Positions 1 to 11,199 of a stretch of 64,000 nucleotides of DNA are shown one piece after another. The notes beneath the pieces are model-generated. The model searched no databases. It had not been told where the DNA came from and saw nothing but the letters and a program-made list of their open reading frames with translations. The number at the start of each line of letters is the position of its first letter. Position 1 is the stretch's first letter. This stretch comes from an uncultured delta proteobacterium. Its GTDB lineage: Bacteria; Myxococcota_A; UBA9160; SZUA-336. The stretch covers positions 32,001-96,000 of the forward strand of contig CAVPHD010000012.1 of NCBI GenBank assembly GCA_963704165.1. Direction: 5' to 3'. The translations under genes and the position numbers were made by a program.

Positions 1-951
1 GACACGGGCGGCTCGATCCGCCAGCCTGCGGCACTGTGCGGTGTCACCGGGTTCAAGCCGACCTACGGCCGGGTCTCGCGCTACGGCCTGGTCGCCTTCG
101 CAAGCTCGCTCGACCAGATCGGCCCGATCACGCGCTCGTGCTCCGACGCCGCGCTCCTGCTCGGCGTGATCGCGGGTCACGATCCGCACGACGCCACCTC
201 GTACCCGGATGCGGCACCGAACTGGCTCGCCGCGCTGACCGGCGACGTCGATGGCCTGAGGATCGGCATCCCGCGCGGGTTCTTCGACGGCGAAGGCGCC
301 GATCCCGAGACGATGGCGCGAGGACGCGAAGCGCTGCGCGCGTTCGAGAGCCTGGGGGCGAAGACCGTCGAGGTCGACCTTCCGAACAGCGCCTTCGGCA
401 TCGCCACGTACTACTTGATCTGCACCGCCGAGGCCTCATCGAACTTGTCGCGCTACGACGGCGTCAAATTCGGGTTCCGCGCCAGGAGCGAGACGCTCGA
501 CGAGATGTACGAGAAGACCCGTTCGGAAGGATTCGGCGCCGAAGTCAAACGACGCATCCTGCTCGGCACCTATGTGCTCTCGGCCGGCTATTACGACGCC
601 TACTACCGGAAGGCGCAGCAGGTGCGGACGCTGATCCGCCGCGACTTCGAGCGGGCGTTCGAGGGTTGCGATCTGATCGCGACACCGACGACGCCGGGAC
701 CGGCGTGGCCGCTCGGTGAGCGGGTCGACGACCCGCTGCGGATGTACCTGGCCGACGTCTACACGGTGACTGCGAACCTCGCGGGTCTGCCCGCGCTCTC
801 GATTCCCTGCGGGGTCACGGGCGCCGGGCTTCCCGTCGGCGTGCAGCTGATCGGACGGCCGCTCGACGAGGCGACGGTCCTGCGCGCGGGCGATGCGTTC
901 CAGCGTCGGACGGCGTTTCACGAACTCGTCCCCGCGGAGTTCGCGCGTTGA
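1..951 (+). CDS. gatA: Asp/Glu-tRNA amidotransferase subunit A (5' end outside window)
   Basis: Frame from base 1 reads [29 protein letters not shown] (amidase signature), then [55 protein letters not shown]. Confidence 0.97.
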   Translation, partial: DTGGSIRQPAALCGVTGFKPTYGRVSRYGLVAFASSLDQIGPITRSCSDAALLLGVIAGHDPHDATSYPDAAPNWLAALTGDVDGLRIGIPRGFFDGEGADPETMARGREALRAFESLGAKTVEVDLPNSAFGIATYYLICTAEASSNLSRYDGVKFGFRARSETLDEMYEKTRSEGFGAEVKRRILLGTYVLSAGYYDAYYRKAQQVRTLIRRDFERAFEGCDLIATPTTPGPAWPLGERVDDPLRMYLADVYTVTANLAGLPALSIPCGVTGAGLPVGVQLIGRPLDEATVLRAGDAFQRRTAFHELVPAEFAR

Positions 952-2993
952 AGCGCGCGCTTCTCGTCGCCGCTGCGCTCGCTGCCCTGCTCGTGATCCT
1001 CTCGGGTGTCGCGCTCTACTTCTTCGACGCGGAGACGCTGCGCGAGCCGCTGCAGCAACAGGCCAGCGCCGCACTCGGCCGCGAGACGACGCTCGGTCGG
1101 ATCTCGCTCACGCTCTTCCCGCTTCCGGCGGTGAAGGTGAACGAGATCCGCATCGCCGGGCCCAAGCCGGCGGATCGGCCGTTCGCAGAGATCGCCGAGC
1201 TCCGGCTCCGCGTCGCGATTCTGCCGCTGCTCGCGGGCCAGGTGGTGCTGCGTGCGCTCGAGGTCGATTCGCCGCGGGTGCGCGTACCGTTCGACAAGTC
1301 GGGCAAGCCGATCCTGCCGCGACCCGCGCCCGCGATCCCGAAGCCGAAGACGCCCGCCGCGCCCGAGCCGGGCGGGGCGAAGGCGAAGGCGCCCGAGCCC
1401 GGACCCGCCCTGGCCGTCGATCGAATCGCGATCTACGGCGCGCGCATCGAGGCGGGACCGTGGCTGATCGAGAACGGAGACGTCTCGGGCCGGCTCACGC
1501 TCGATGGCACCGGGACATTCCACTTCGATCTCGATCTTCCGGGCCTCGGTGAGCTGCGCAACGGCGAGGTTCGCGTTTCCGGCATTTCCGGAGACGCCCC
1601 CGAGATCGCGGCGGAATGCGATTTCAGCGCGGATCTCGCCGCTCTCCGGACCCGCTTCGGGCTCGCGCAGGAGATCTCGGGCGGAGCGCGCGGTGAGTTC
1701 GAAGTCCAGATCTCGGGCACGGACCTGCGAGCGGCGAAGGCGAACGTCGACGTGCCCGACCTGCTCGTGCGTTCCGGAGATCTGGTCGTCTCGGGACCGG
1801 CTCGCGGTCACGCGGTGCTGGGTGAGAGCTATTCGTTCGACCTCAGTGACACGCGCGTCGAGAAGACGGGCTTCTTCGCGAAGCCCAAGCGCACGCCGCT
1901 CTCGGTCACGGGTTCACTCGGCCGCGAGCCGAATCTGTCCTCGTTGCGCGAGGCGCTCGTGAAGATCGGAACGAACGTGATCCCGCTCGGGTTCGATCTC
2001 ACCAAGCGGCCGCTGCGCATCCAGGTGCGGAGATCGGCGATCGATCTCGCTTCGCTACGCGAGCTGCTTCCGCCCGACCGTCCCGCGCTCGGCGGGCACT
2101 TCCACGTCGAGGCGCTCGACGTGCAGCTCGACCCGCTTCGAATCCAGGGGAACGCAGGACTCGACCAGGTCGAGACGAAGCTCGAGCACGGTCCGATCCG
2201 CATATCGGGTCCCCTGCGCGGGCTCGGCCAGAAGGTCGCCCTCGAGAACGGAAGCGCGGTCGTCGGCGATCAGACGATCACGATCGACGCGACGTACGAC
2301 CTCGAGTCCGGGGCGATCGATGCGAGCTACGACACGGCGAACAGCCAGCTCGGCGCGATGCTCGCCGCGTTGTCGGGGCGCAGCGAAGTCGACGGCACAC
2401 TCACGTCGAAGGGAAAGCTCGCGGCCTCGAGCGCCGACGTGCGAGCGCTCGCGGGAGCCGGCCGGATCGACATCCGACCAGGACGCATCCAGGGGTTCTC
2501 GCTCGCGAAGTCGATGATGGGCGCGCTCGCCGGGCTGCCCGGACTCGCGGCGACGGCGAGCGGCAAGGATCTCTCGCGCTACGACGACGAGCGCTTCGAA
2601 CTCCTCTCGGCCGACTATCGCATCGCCGACGGTCGGATCTCGACGGAGAACCTCGAGCTCGTCTACCAGAACGCGAAGGCATTCCTGCACGGCTCGGTCG
2701 GAATCAGCGATCGCAGCCTCGACCTCGCCGGGCGCGTCGTGCTCACGCGCGAAGCGGACGCCGAGCTCGCGGGCGAGAAGCGTGCGAAGGAACGCGTGAT
2801 CCCGATCGCGCACATTACCGGCACGATCGACGCGCCGCGCATCGTGCTCGACCAGAAGACCCTCGCAGCCCTCGCGCTCGCCTACAGCGGGAACGAGAAA
2901 GTGCGCGGGCAGATCGACAAGGCGCTCGGACCCGGTGCCTCGGAGGCCGTCGAGGACCTGCTCGGAAACATCCTCGGCGGGAAGAAGAAATAG
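948..2993 (+). CDS. AsmA family protein
   Basis: N-terminal hydrophobic anchor, [18 protein letters not shown]smA-like N-terminus, C-terminal [19 protein letters not shown] overlap with gatA. Confidence 0.8.
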   Translation: MKRALLVAAALAALLVILSGVALYFFDAETLREPLQQQASAALGRETTLGRISLTLFPLPAVKVNEIRIAGPKPADRPFAEIAELRLRVAILPLLAGQVVLRALEVDSPRVRVPFDKSGKPILPRPAPAIPKPKTPAAPEPGGAKAKAPEPGPALAVDRIAIYGARIEAGPWLIENGDVSGRLTLDGTGTFHFDLDLPGLGELRNGEVRVSGISGDAPEIAAECDFSADLAALRTRFGLAQEISGGARGEFEVQISGTDLRAAKANVDVPDLLVRSGDLVVSGPARGHAVLGESYSFDLSDTRVEKTGFFAKPKRTPLSVTGSLGREPNLSSLREALVKIGTNVIPLGFDLTKRPLRIQVRRSAIDLASLRELLPPDRPALGGHFHVEALDVQLDPLRIQGNAGLDQVETKLEHGPIRISGPLRGLGQKVALENGSAVVGDQTITIDATYDLESGAIDASYDTANSQLGAMLAALSGRSEVDGTLTSKGKLAASSADVRALAGAGRIDIRPGRIQGFSLAKSMMGALAGLPGLAATASGKDLSRYDDERFELLSADYRIADGRISTENLELVYQNAKAFLHGSVGISDRSLDLAGRVVLTREADAELAGEKRAKERVIPIAHITGTIDAPRIVLDQKTLAALALAYSGNEKVRGQIDKALGPGASEAVEDLLGNILGGKKK

Positions 2994-4048
2994 CCGGCGC
3001 GAGCTTCTTCACGGTCCGCCTCGCGGGAGATGCGGTCGAGCTTCTCGACCAGCGCCGTCTCCCCGGCGAGGAGCGCTACCTCCGGCTCTCGAGCGCGGAG
3101 GAGGTCGCACGCGCGATCGAGGACATGGCCGTGCGCGGGGCGCCCGCGATCGGCGTCACGGCGGCGATGGCGATCGCCGTCGAGTTCGCGCACGCCGCGG
3201 ATTCCGATCTCGGCGCGGTGCTCGAGCGCACGTGCGCGCGCCTCGCGCGTACGCGGCCGACCGCGGTCAACCTGTCCTGGGCGCTCGAGCGCATGGCGCG
3301 CGATCTCCGCGCGGGAATCGCAGACGGTTCGAGCGCGCGTGAGCTCCGCGCTCGAGCGCGCGACCTCGCGCAACGGATACACGACGACGATGTCGCCAGC
3401 TGTCGCGCGATCGGTGATGCCGGTGCCGCACTCCTGCCGTCGGCCGCCCGCGTGCTCACGCACTGCAACGCGGGCGCGCTCGCGACTGCCGGCTACGGGA
3501 CGGCCCTCGGCGTCGTGCGGAGCGCCGCGCGCATCGGTCGGCTATCGCTGGTTCTCGCCCAGGAGACGCGTCCGTTCCTGCAAGGCGCACGGCTCACGAG
3601 CTGGGAGCTCGCGCGCGACGGGATTCCCGTTCGGCTCGTCACGGACGGCATGGGCGGCGCATTGATGGCCCGCGGTGATATCGATGCGGTCGTCGTCGGC
3701 GCGGATCGGATCGCGGCCAACGGCGACGTCGCGAACAAGATCGGTACGTACACGTTGGCGGTGTTGGCGCAGGTGCATCGCCTGCCGTTCTATGTCGCGG
3801 CTCCGCTCTCGACCGTCGACCTCGCGACACCGACCGGGCGCGAGATCCCGATCGAAGAGCGCAGCTCCGACGAGGTCACGCGATTCGCCGGCCAGCGAAT
3901 CGCACCCGAAGGTGTGATCGCCCTGCACCCCGCCTTCGATGTGACTCCCGCCACACTCGTGACCGCGATCGTGACGGAGCGAGGCGCCGTGTTCCCACCC
4001 TACGACGTGGGTCTCGCGACTCAACGGCGTGAGGCGGAAGGCCGATGA
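2990..4048 (+). CDS. mtnA: S-methyl-5-thioribose-1-phosphate isomerase
   Basis: LLDQRRLP...DMAVRGAPAIG, TRPTAVNL, LTHCNAGALATAGYGTALG, ETRPFLQGARLT, GADRIAANGDVANKIGTY, PAFDVTP. Homology extends upstream of ATG 3125; start assigned to ATA 2990 overlapping the previous TAG (uncertain). Confidence 0.93.
   Translation: MAGASFFTVRLAGDAVELLDQRRLPGEERYLRLSSAEEVARAIEDMAVRGAPAIGVTAAMAIAVEFAHAADSDLGAVLERTCARLARTRPTAVNLSWALERMARDLRAGIADGSSARELRARARDLAQRIHDDDVASCRAIGDAGAALLPSAARVLTHCNAGALATAGYGTALGVVRSAARIGRLSLVLAQETRPFLQGARLTSWELARDGIPVRLVTDGMGGALMARGDIDAVVVGADRIAANGDVANKIGTYTLAVLAQVHRLPFYVAAPLSTVDLATPTGREIPIEERSSDEVTRFAGQRIAPEGVIALHPAFDVTPATLVTAIVTERGAVFPPYDVGLATQRREAEGR
4021..4048 (+). promoter_or_regulatory. 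sigma28(FliA)-like promoter upstream of the receiver-J-TPR gene
   Basis: TCAA-N16-GCCGATGA; same spacing recurs at 24391, 27492 and 17005(-). Confidence 0.5.
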
Positions 4049-4090
4049 CTCCGTTGAACCCCGTCCCGTCATCCGCGGAGCAGGCAAGCT

Positions 4091-5947
4091 TTGGAAGTCC
4101 TGATCGTCGAAGACAATCGAGCGCTCGCCCGGTCGCTCGCGCATGCGCTCGAGCAAGCCGGCTACAGCTGCCGTCAAGCCCACGACGGCATCGCTGCGCT
4201 CGCGGCCGTCGGCAAGGCCGCCCCTGATCTGATCCTGATCGATCTGCTGCTGCCTCGAAAGGACGGGCAGAGCGTGATCGCGACGCTCCACGCCGCCGAC
4301 GCGACGCGCAGCATCCCGATCATCGCGATGAGCGGAGTCTTTCGCGGAGCCGATCCGGCGAAGAGCGTCATCAACGCGGGTGCTCGGGCGTTCCTCGAGA
4401 AGCCGTTCGAGATCGCGGAGCTTCTCGATCGGGTCTCGCGCCTGATCGGTCGGCCGATCGCAACCAAGACCGAGCCTTCGGCCGACGCGCTCGATCTCGC
4501 GAAGGTGCCGGCGATCGAGGTGCTCTGGAGCGCGATGCAGGCTCGCACCACCGGCGCGGTCCACTTCGAGTTCGGAAAGCGCCACAAGGTCGTCATCCTG
4601 GATGCGGGCCGACCCCTCGCGGTGCGTTCGAACCTGGCGCGCGAATCCCTCGGCCGGCGGCTTCGCGAGGCCGGCATGATCGACGAGCAGATCTTCGAAG
4701 TGGCGCTGCGGAACTCGAAGGCGACCGGAAAGCGCCACGGCGAGGTCCTGGTCGAGATGGGTGCGATCGGAGAGCGCGAGCTCGATGCCGCGCTCGCGGC
4801 GCAGTCGGCCGACAAGCTGCTCGACGTCCTCAGCTGGAGCGAAGGCCGCGCGTGGACACAACCCGGTGTACGGTCGATGAGCCTGTCTTCGGAGCTCTCG
4901 GGATGGACGCCGCGCGGGACGGTTCTCTCCGGGGTCGCTCGCGTGCAGGCGGCGATGATCGCGAAGCGCCTCGAGCCGTTTCTCGACTGCGAGGTCTCGC
5001 GAGAGAACCTCCACCTCGAGGACGATGAGAACACCGGCCCCGCGGCAGAGCTCTGGAATGCGCTCGATCGGCCGCAGCCCGTTCGGAGCCTGATGGGAGC
5101 GCACGCACCGGCTCTGTATGGGCTCTGGCTGATCGGCGTGCTCGACCTGCGCGCCGGCGGCGCAGCCGCGCCAGCGTCGCTTCCGGGCGTGGGCGCCAGC
5201 GCCGTCGAGGTCGAGCTGGAAGCGAAGCTGAACGAGGCGCTCCGCTCGTTCGAGGGCGCAAATCACTTCCAGGTTCTCGGGCTCGACACGAACGCGAGCG
5301 ACGACGACGTGCGCACGGCGTTCATGGCACTCGCAAAGGTCTTCCACCCCGACAAGGTCGGCCGGCGTGCACCCGGGCTCACGGAGCTCGCGGGTCGCGT
5401 CTTCACGCGCATCGCCGAGGCGAACGACGTGATCGGGCGCGCCGACGCGCGCGCAGCCTACACGCGCAAGCTGCAGGGCAGGCAAGACGCCTCGCTGGAT
5501 CGTCAGGCGGTGACTCGAATCCTGACCGCCGAGCAGCAGTTCCGGCGCGCGGAGGAGGCAGTCCGGAGAAAGGAATGGGACTCGGCACTCGAGAGCGTGC
5601 GCTGGGCGCTCGACCTCGACCCCGAGGAGGGAGAATTCCACTCGCTGCGCGGCTGGGTCATGTTCCTGAAGCAGCAGAACGAAGGCGGCGGCGATCCCGA
5701 GGCAGCGGTCGCACACTTGAAGCGAGGCATCGCGCTCGCTCCGCAGTCGCCCACCGGCTACTTCTACATCGGCCAGATCCGGAAGGCTTGCGGAGATGCG
5801 GCCGAAGCGGAGAGAATGTTCCGCAAGGCGATCGAGGTCCGGCCCAATCACGTCGATGCGCTGCGCGAGCTCCGTCTCATGCAGCTTCGACGGACCAAGG
5901 GCGAGGACACGATCGCGGGAAAGCTCTTCGGGAGGAAGAAGAAGTAG
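4091..5947 (+). CDS. Multidomain regulator: receiver + MshEN-like tandem motif + DnaJ (HPD) + TPR
   Basis: VLIVEDN...[14 protein letters not shown]...FLEKPF receiver; [11 protein letters not shown]...[20 protein letters not shown]...VFHPDK J-domain; C-terminal TPR-like helices. Confidence 0.85.
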   Translation: MEVLIVEDNRALARSLAHALEQAGYSCRQAHDGIAALAAVGKAAPDLILIDLLLPRKDGQSVIATLHAADATRSIPIIAMSGVFRGADPAKSVINAGARAFLEKPFEIAELLDRVSRLIGRPIATKTEPSADALDLAKVPAIEVLWSAMQARTTGAVHFEFGKRHKVVILDAGRPLAVRSNLARESLGRRLREAGMIDEQIFEVALRNSKATGKRHGEVLVEMGAIGERELDAALAAQSADKLLDVLSWSEGRAWTQPGVRSMSLSSELSGWTPRGTVLSGVARVQAAMIAKRLEPFLDCEVSRENLHLEDDENTGPAAELWNALDRPQPVRSLMGAHAPALYGLWLIGVLDLRAGGAAAPASLPGVGASAVEVELEAKLNEALRSFEGANHFQVLGLDTNASDDDVRTAFMALAKVFHPDKVGRRAPGLTELAGRVFTRIAEANDVIGRADARAAYTRKLQGRQDASLDRQAVTRILTAEQQFRRAEEAVRRKEWDSALESVRWALDLDPEEGEFHSLRGWVMFLKQQNEGGGDPEAAVAHLKRGIALAPQSPTGYFYIGQIRKACGDAAEAERMFRKAIEVRPNHVDALRELRLMQLRRTKGEDTIAGKLFGRKKK

Positions 5948-6867
5948 TGGGCGTCGAGAAGACCGAGAGCGTCTGGCTCAACTCCAAGTTGATCCCTTGG
6001 GACGATGCCAACGTGCACATCCTCACCCACACGCTTCACTACGGGCTCGGGGTCTTCGAGGGTATCCGTTGCTACCGCGCCGACGACGGGCGCAGCACCG
6101 TCTTCCGGCTGAGGGAACACGTCGAGCGGCTCCACCTGTCGGCGAAGATCGTCGAGATCGCCATGCCCTACACCCGCGAACAGGTCGAAGCGGCGATCCT
6201 CGAGACGCTGCGAGCCAATGGGATGGCGGAGGGCTACATCCGCCCGATCGTGTACCTGGGCGCGGGCGCAATGGGGCTCCTGCCCAAAGACAATCCTACG
6301 CAGCTCGCGATCATCGTCTGGCCGTGGGGAGCGTACCTGGGTGACGAGGGGCTCGAGCGCGGCATCCGCGCCAAGGTCTCTTCGTACACACGCCACCACC
6401 CGAACGTGTCGATGACGAAGTCGAAGACCTGCGGCGACTACGTGAACTCGATCCTCGCCAAGCGTGAGGTCACGCGGCAGGGCTACGACGAAGCGATCAT
6501 GCTCGACACGAACGGCCTGGTCGCGGAGTGCAGCGGCGAGAACATCTTCATCGTGCGACGCGGCGTGCTGAAGACGCCCCCGCTCGTGTCCGTGCTCGAG
6601 GGCATCACGCGTGACTCCGTGATGAGGATCGCGCGCGACAAGGGCATCGAAGTCGTCGAGGCGAGCCTGACGCGCGACGAGGTCTACTGCGCGGACGAGG
6701 TCTTCCTGACCGGAACGGCGGCCGAGCTCACGCCCGTGCGCGAGATCGACGATCGCCAGATCGGCGCCGGCTCGCGCGGGCCGATCACGAAGACGATCCA
6801 GACGACCTTCTTCGACGCCGTCCACGGCCGCGACCGCAAGTACGAGAGCTGGCTGACGCCGGTCTGA
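5947..6867 (+). CDS. ilvE: Branched-chain amino acid aminotransferase (class IV)
   Basis: [53 protein letters not shown] overlaps previous TAG. Confidence 0.95.
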   Translation: MGVEKTESVWLNSKLIPWDDANVHILTHTLHYGLGVFEGIRCYRADDGRSTVFRLREHVERLHLSAKIVEIAMPYTREQVEAAILETLRANGMAEGYIRPIVYLGAGAMGLLPKDNPTQLAIIVWPWGAYLGDEGLERGIRAKVSSYTRHHPNVSMTKSKTCGDYVNSILAKREVTRQGYDEAIMLDTNGLVAECSGENIFIVRRGVLKTPPLVSVLEGITRDSVMRIARDKGIEVVEASLTRDEVYCADEVFLTGTAAELTPVREIDDRQIGAGSRGPITKTIQTTFFDAVHGRDRKYESWLTPV

Positions 6868-6870
6868 GCG

Positions 6871-6891
6871 TCTCGCCGCGAATCGGCGAGA
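6871..6891. terminator. Hairpin between convergent genes
   Basis: TCTCGCCG-CGAAT-CGGCGAGA. Confidence 0.5.
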
Positions 6892-6903
6892 GCGACCGAT
6901 CCG

Positions 6904-8436
6904 TCAGCCGATCGCGAAGCCGAAGATCTCGTCGAGGACGCGGTCTCGCTGCGAGTCGGTCAGGCCTTCGTCGATCGGCAGCAAGAGACCCGTCGCGCGC
7001 GCATGCTCGGCCGCGGGCAGAGCCGCGAGCTCGCGATCCGTGAGCGGAAGCCGCAGGCGCCTCGTCTCGATTCCGCTCTCGGCGAGCAGCTTGGCGAGAT
7101 CGTCGGCCGCGGTGCGGGCGAATCGCGTCAGGCGAAGCAGGTAGTCGGAGTAGGTCGAGAGCGCGTGCTCGGGCGTCGGCGGGACGCGGAACGCGTCGTA
7201 GCGTGAGAACTCGGCGGAGTACGCGCTCGCGAGCCGGCGACGCGCGGAAATCCGGTCGTCCCAGTGGACGAACGCGCGGCGAGCCGCGCCCGCGAGCCCA
7301 TCGCCGATGCGCTGCTCCGAGAGTCGGGGCGCCAACGCCTCCGCCAGCTGCGCCGGCAGCGCGACGAGGCAGGCCTGGTAGCCGGGCGCGTGCGCGCCCA
7401 GCGGCAGCCGGAAGATGCAGACACAGGGACTGCGACCGAGCCGCGAGCCGTCGAACCGGGCGCCGAGGCTCTCGCCGCCATCCTCGAAGAGCTCGAGGCC
7501 GCGCTCCTCGGCCAGACCGTAGAGGGCGTCGAGCTCGGCGGACTGGCCGAGCGGGTGCGCGACGAGGATCGCTCGCGTTCGCGAGCCGATGGCGGCGGCG
7601 GCCGCGGCGGCCGAGAGCGTCAATCGTTCCGGATGAACGTCGGCGAAGACGGGTCGCAGGCCCGCCGCACGCAGCGCCTCGAGCGCAACGGCGGAAACCA
7701 CCCCGGGAACGACCACCTCGTCGTCGGGGCGCAGTCCGATCTCGCCCGCGAGCGCGACGAACGCTTCGCCGGGCGAGCGCAGCGCGAGCACTCGATCGGC
7801 ACCGAGATACGCGGCGACCTCGCGCTCGAGCGACTCGGTCTCCGGGCCGGGATCGGGACTCGCGACGAGATGTGCGAGACGGTCGCCGTCCGCGCGAGGG
7901 CTCTCGAAGCGGACGATTCCGGGCGCCTCCTCGCGCGCAGGTACGAGCTCGTCGAGAAACGACTCGAGGCACTCGCCGATCGAATCGACCATACACTGAT
8001 ACGCGTCGGCATCATCGGCGCCGGGCGCGATCCCGGCGATGTCGCGTTGGAACACATCCTGACCGCGCTGACGCAGGACGATTCCCGGACAGCCGGGACT
8101 GGAGAAGCGATCGAGGACTTCGACCAGACCCAACCGGCAGTTCCCCGCGATCGAGACGGGCACGGACCCACTCGCCCCGAGCGCGATCGCGAGATCCGGG
8201 CGGATCCGATCCTCGAGCCAGCGTACGATCTCCTCGCCGAGTTTCTGTCCGTTCCGCGCCGGGATCCCGGCGCGGTCGCAGATCTCGAGGACTTCGGGAC
8301 AGAAGTCGCGCTCCGAACCGTTCTCGACGCCGATGAACGCGACCACGCGGTCCCCGCGCTCGAGCAAGCGCTCGAGCACGCACACCGCGCGATAGGTGCT
8401 CCCGATCAGCAGGATTCTCGGTCCGTTCGAGCTCAT
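6904..8436 (-). CDS. Degenerate formyltransferase-like domain fused to degenerate DegT/DnrJ aminotransferase-like domain
   Basis: N-terminus RILLIGS...RVVAFIG...RPDLAIALG (Fmt/ArnA-like pattern, no NxH); C-terminus LEREVAAYLG, DEVVVP, PVFADV, TRAILVAH, FEDGGESLGA (DegT pattern) with no Schiff-base Lys. Confidence 0.8.
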   Translation of the reverse strand: MSSNGPRILLIGSTYRAVCVLERLLERGDRVVAFIGVENGSERDFCPEVLEICDRAGIPARNGQKLGEEIVRWLEDRIRPDLAIALGASGSVPVSIAGNCRLGLVEVLDRFSSPGCPGIVLRQRGQDVFQRDIAGIAPGADDADAYQCMVDSIGECLESFLDELVPAREEAPGIVRFESPRADGDRLAHLVASPDPGPETESLEREVAAYLGADRVLALRSPGEAFVALAGEIGLRPDDEVVVPGVVSAVALEALRAAGLRPVFADVHPERLTLSAAAAAAAIGSRTRAILVAHPLGQSAELDALYGLAEERGLELFEDGGESLGARFDGSRLGRSPCVCIFRLPLGAHAPGYQACLVALPAQLAEALAPRLSEQRIGDGLAGAARRAFVHWDDRISARRRLASAYSAEFSRYDAFRVPPTPEHALSTYSDYLLRLTRFARTAADDLAKLLAESGIETRRLRLPLTDRELAALPAAEHARATGLLLPIDEGLTDSQRDRVLDEIFGFAIG

Positions 8437-8456
8437 GACTTCTCGCGACCCCGAAA

Positions 8457-8472
8457 AGCAATCCGCGTGCCC
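8457..8472 (-). promoter_or_regulatory. sigma54 (-24/-12) promoter
   Basis: Minus strand GGGCAC-GCGGA-TTGCT, GG-N10-GC spacing, about 20 nt upstream of ATG 8436. Confidence 0.7.
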
Positions 8473-8596
8473 GCGACAGGAGCGACGGTGGCGGAAGCGC
8501 TGCGACAGACGCGCCGCGAAACGTCTTGATTCCGGCACGGAGCGTCAGGATTCGAACGCCCGGCGGCGACGCGTCGGCCCGTGCTAGGTTTTTGGC

Positions 8597-9751
8597 GTGA
8601 GCCTCCACGTCCCCCGCAATCCCACACGTCGAGTGCAGGCCGGTCCGGTCGCGATCGGCGCGGGCGCCCCGATCACCGTGCAGAGCATGTGCGCGACCCA
8701 CACCCAGAACGTGGCCGCGACGGTGGAGCAGGCGGAGGCGCTCGCCCGCGCCGGCGCCGCACTCGTACGCGTGGCGGTGGACAGCAAAGCCGATGCCGAA
8801 GCGCTGGCCGAGATCCACGCGCGAACGCCCGTGCCGCTCGTCGTCGACCTGCAGGAGAGCTATCGCCTCGCGCCCGCGGTGGCGAAGCACATCGCCAAGC
8901 TGCGCTACAACCCCGGCCACCTGCACCACCACGAGCGTGGCCGCAGCACGCGCGACAAGGTCGCCTGGCTCGCCGACGTCGCGGGCGCCGCCGGATGCGC
9001 GCTTCGGGTCGGCGTGAACTGCGGCTCGGTCGCGCCCGAGTACGACGAGCGCTTTCCGGGCGACTCGATCGGCGCGATGGTGGCGTGCGCCGTCGAGCAC
9101 TGCGCGCTCCTCGACGAGCTGGGGTTCACGAACTTCGTCGTGTCGCTCAAGGATTCCGATCCTGCAAAGGTGATCGAGGCGAACGAGCGCTTCGCGCGCG
9201 AGCGTCCGGACGTTCCCCTCCACCTCGGCGTCACCGAAGCGGGACTCCTGCCGATGGGCGAGATCAAGACCCGGATGGCCTTCGAGAAGCTGCTCGCACG
9301 CGGCATCGGCGACACGCTCCGCGTCTCCCTCACGCTCCCCAACGATCGCAAGGACGAGGAGGTCCGGGTCGGTCTGCGCATCCTCGCGGACGTCGAGGCC
9401 GGGCGTTTTCTCACGGTCCCCGATCTCGAGGGCCTCAACATCATCTCGTGCCCATCGTGCTCGCGCGTCGAGAACGAGGCGTTCGTCGAGCTGGCCGAGA
9501 AGGTCCGAGATCTGACCCGCTACGCGGCCGACTACGACGTCACGATCGCCGTCATGGGCTGCCGCGTGAACGGTCCCGGCGAGACCGACGACGCGGACCT
9601 CGGACTCTGGTGCGGACCCCGCGCCGTCAATCTGAAACGCGGCGGCGAGAAGCTCGGCGCCTTCGGCTACGACGAAGTTCTGGTGCGACTGAAGGACGAG
9701 CTCGATCGCATCATCGCGTCGCGCGTCCGGCGCGGCGAGGTGCAGGCGTGA
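8597..9751 (+). CDS. ispG: (E)-4-hydroxy-3-methylbut-2-enyl-diphosphate synthase
   Basis: [62 protein letters not shown]. Confidence 0.96.
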   Translation: MSLHVPRNPTRRVQAGPVAIGAGAPITVQSMCATHTQNVAATVEQAEALARAGAALVRVAVDSKADAEALAEIHARTPVPLVVDLQESYRLAPAVAKHIAKLRYNPGHLHHHERGRSTRDKVAWLADVAGAAGCALRVGVNCGSVAPEYDERFPGDSIGAMVACAVEHCALLDELGFTNFVVSLKDSDPAKVIEANERFARERPDVPLHLGVTEAGLLPMGEIKTRMAFEKLLARGIGDTLRVSLTLPNDRKDEEVRVGLRILADVEAGRFLTVPDLEGLNIISCPSCSRVENEAFVELAEKVRDLTRYAADYDVTIAVMGCRVNGPGETDDADLGLWCGPRAVNLKRGGEKLGAFGYDEVLVRLKDELDRIIASRVRRGEVQA

Positions 9752-10131
9752 GACTCCTGCACACGATGCTTCGAGTCGGAGATCTCGAGCGATCGATCGC
9801 GTTCTACACCGGACCGCTCGAGATGAAGCTCTTGCGAAGACGCGATTTCCCGGGAGGCCGATTCACGCTCGCGTTCCTCGGGTACGGCAGTGAAAGCGAG
9901 ACGGCCGTGCTCGAGCTGACACACAATTGGGACACCCCTCGCTACGAGATCGGCACCGGCTACGGCCACGTGGCGATCGCCGTCGACGACATCCACGCGA
10001 CTTGCGCGCGGATGCGCGACGACGGAGTGAAGATCACACGCGAGCCCGGTCCGATGCAGCACGGCACGACGGTCATCGCCTTCGTCGAAGATCCAGACGG
10101 TTACAAGATCGAGCTCATCCAGCGCCCGTGA
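9748..10131 (+). CDS. gloA: Lactoylglutathione lyase (glyoxalase I)
   Basis: [53 protein letters not shown] overlap with ispG. Confidence 0.96.
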   Translation: MRLLHTMLRVGDLERSIAFYTGPLEMKLLRRRDFPGGRFTLAFLGYGSESETAVLELTHNWDTPRYEIGTGYGHVAIAVDDIHATCARMRDDGVKITREPGPMQHGTTVIAFVEDPDGYKIELIQRP

Positions 10132-10173
10132 CCGAAGGAGCGCGTCGCGCGGCGATCCGCGCGGCGGAGCTCC

Positions 10174-11136
10174 TCAGGCGAGCTCCCAGCGCCCGCTCGT
10201 CAGGCTGCGGTAGCCCGCGTGGATCCAGGCGAGCGTCTGTGCACCGGAATCGATGCGACGCTCGGCGCTGCGGCACTCGCGCAGGAAGTCGTTCATGACC
10301 GCGGCGAGCGTGGTGATCGAGTCGAGCTCGGCGGCGATGATCTCTTCGCGACCGTCCTCGTGACGCAGGACCGCTTGCGCGTTGCCGAGCACGATCTCGC
10401 CGCGATCGCCGATGCAACGCGCGATCGGCCGAATCGGAAGGTCGTTCCACGAGACGCGAAGCATCCCGACGACGCCTCCGTCGTGCTCGGTCTCGATCCA
10501 CGCCTCGTCCTCGACGTCCGCGCCCTGAAGGTGGGCGGCGTCGATCACTCGAATGCGCCGGACCGGGCCCGCGAAGGATTCGACCGCATCGAGCGCATCC
10601 TGCCCGAGCTCCATCCAGACTCCGCCACCCGAGAGCGCGGGGTCGCCGCGCCAGCCTTCGCGCGCGTCGCGCTTCACGCCCAGCGATATCTCGACCGCGC
10701 AGAGCCGGCCGATTGCGCCCGCGTCGATCCGCTGGCGCGAAGCCGTCACGGACGCCGCCGAGCGCAGACGACTGCCGGTGACGACGCAGCGGTCGGCGCG
10801 CTCGGAGATCTCCGCGATCCGGTCCGCGTCTGCGGGGGTGGTCGCCAGCGGTGGCTCGAGCAGCAGATCGACGCCCGCGCGGAGGAGCGGTTCGGCGAGC
10901 TCGAGATGAAGGGACGGCGGCGTGCATACGAGCGCGATGCGCGGAACGCAGCCCGCGTCGAGCATCGCGATCACGCTCGCGAAGCCCCTCGCCCGCGTCC
11001 CTCGCGTCCGTCCCAGGTCCGGATCGACCACCGCCTCGAGGGAGATCTCCGGGAATTCCGCTAGCAGCTCGAGCCAGTCGCGGGCCGCGCGTCCGGCTCC
11101 GATCAACGCAATCGACTTCACCAGCACCGCAGGCAT
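10174..11136 (-). CDS. Gfo/Idh/MocA family oxidoreductase-like protein (degenerate motifs)
   Basis: IALIGAGRAA, VCTPPSLH, LLEPPLA (EKP->EPP), WRGDPALSGGGVWMELGQD (DxxxH->ExxxD). Confidence 0.85.
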   Translation of the reverse strand: MPAVLVKSIALIGAGRAARDWLELLAEFPEISLEAVVDPDLGRTRGTRARGFASVIAMLDAGCVPRIALVCTPPSLHLELAEPLLRAGVDLLLEPPLATTPADADRIAEISERADRCVVTGSRLRSAASVTASRQRIDAGAIGRLCAVEISLGVKRDAREGWRGDPALSGGGVWMELGQDALDAVESFAGPVRRIRVIDAAHLQGADVEDEAWIETEHDGGVVGMLRVSWNDLPIRPIARCIGDRGEIVLGNAQAVLRHEDGREEIIAAELDSITTLAAVMNDFLRECRSAERRIDSGAQTLAWIHAGYRSLTSGRWELA

Positions 11137-11199
11137 CGTGGCCTCCTCTGAATCACTCGACGACAGAACGGGCCAGCGCTCTCGGGAGCGCCGATTCGA

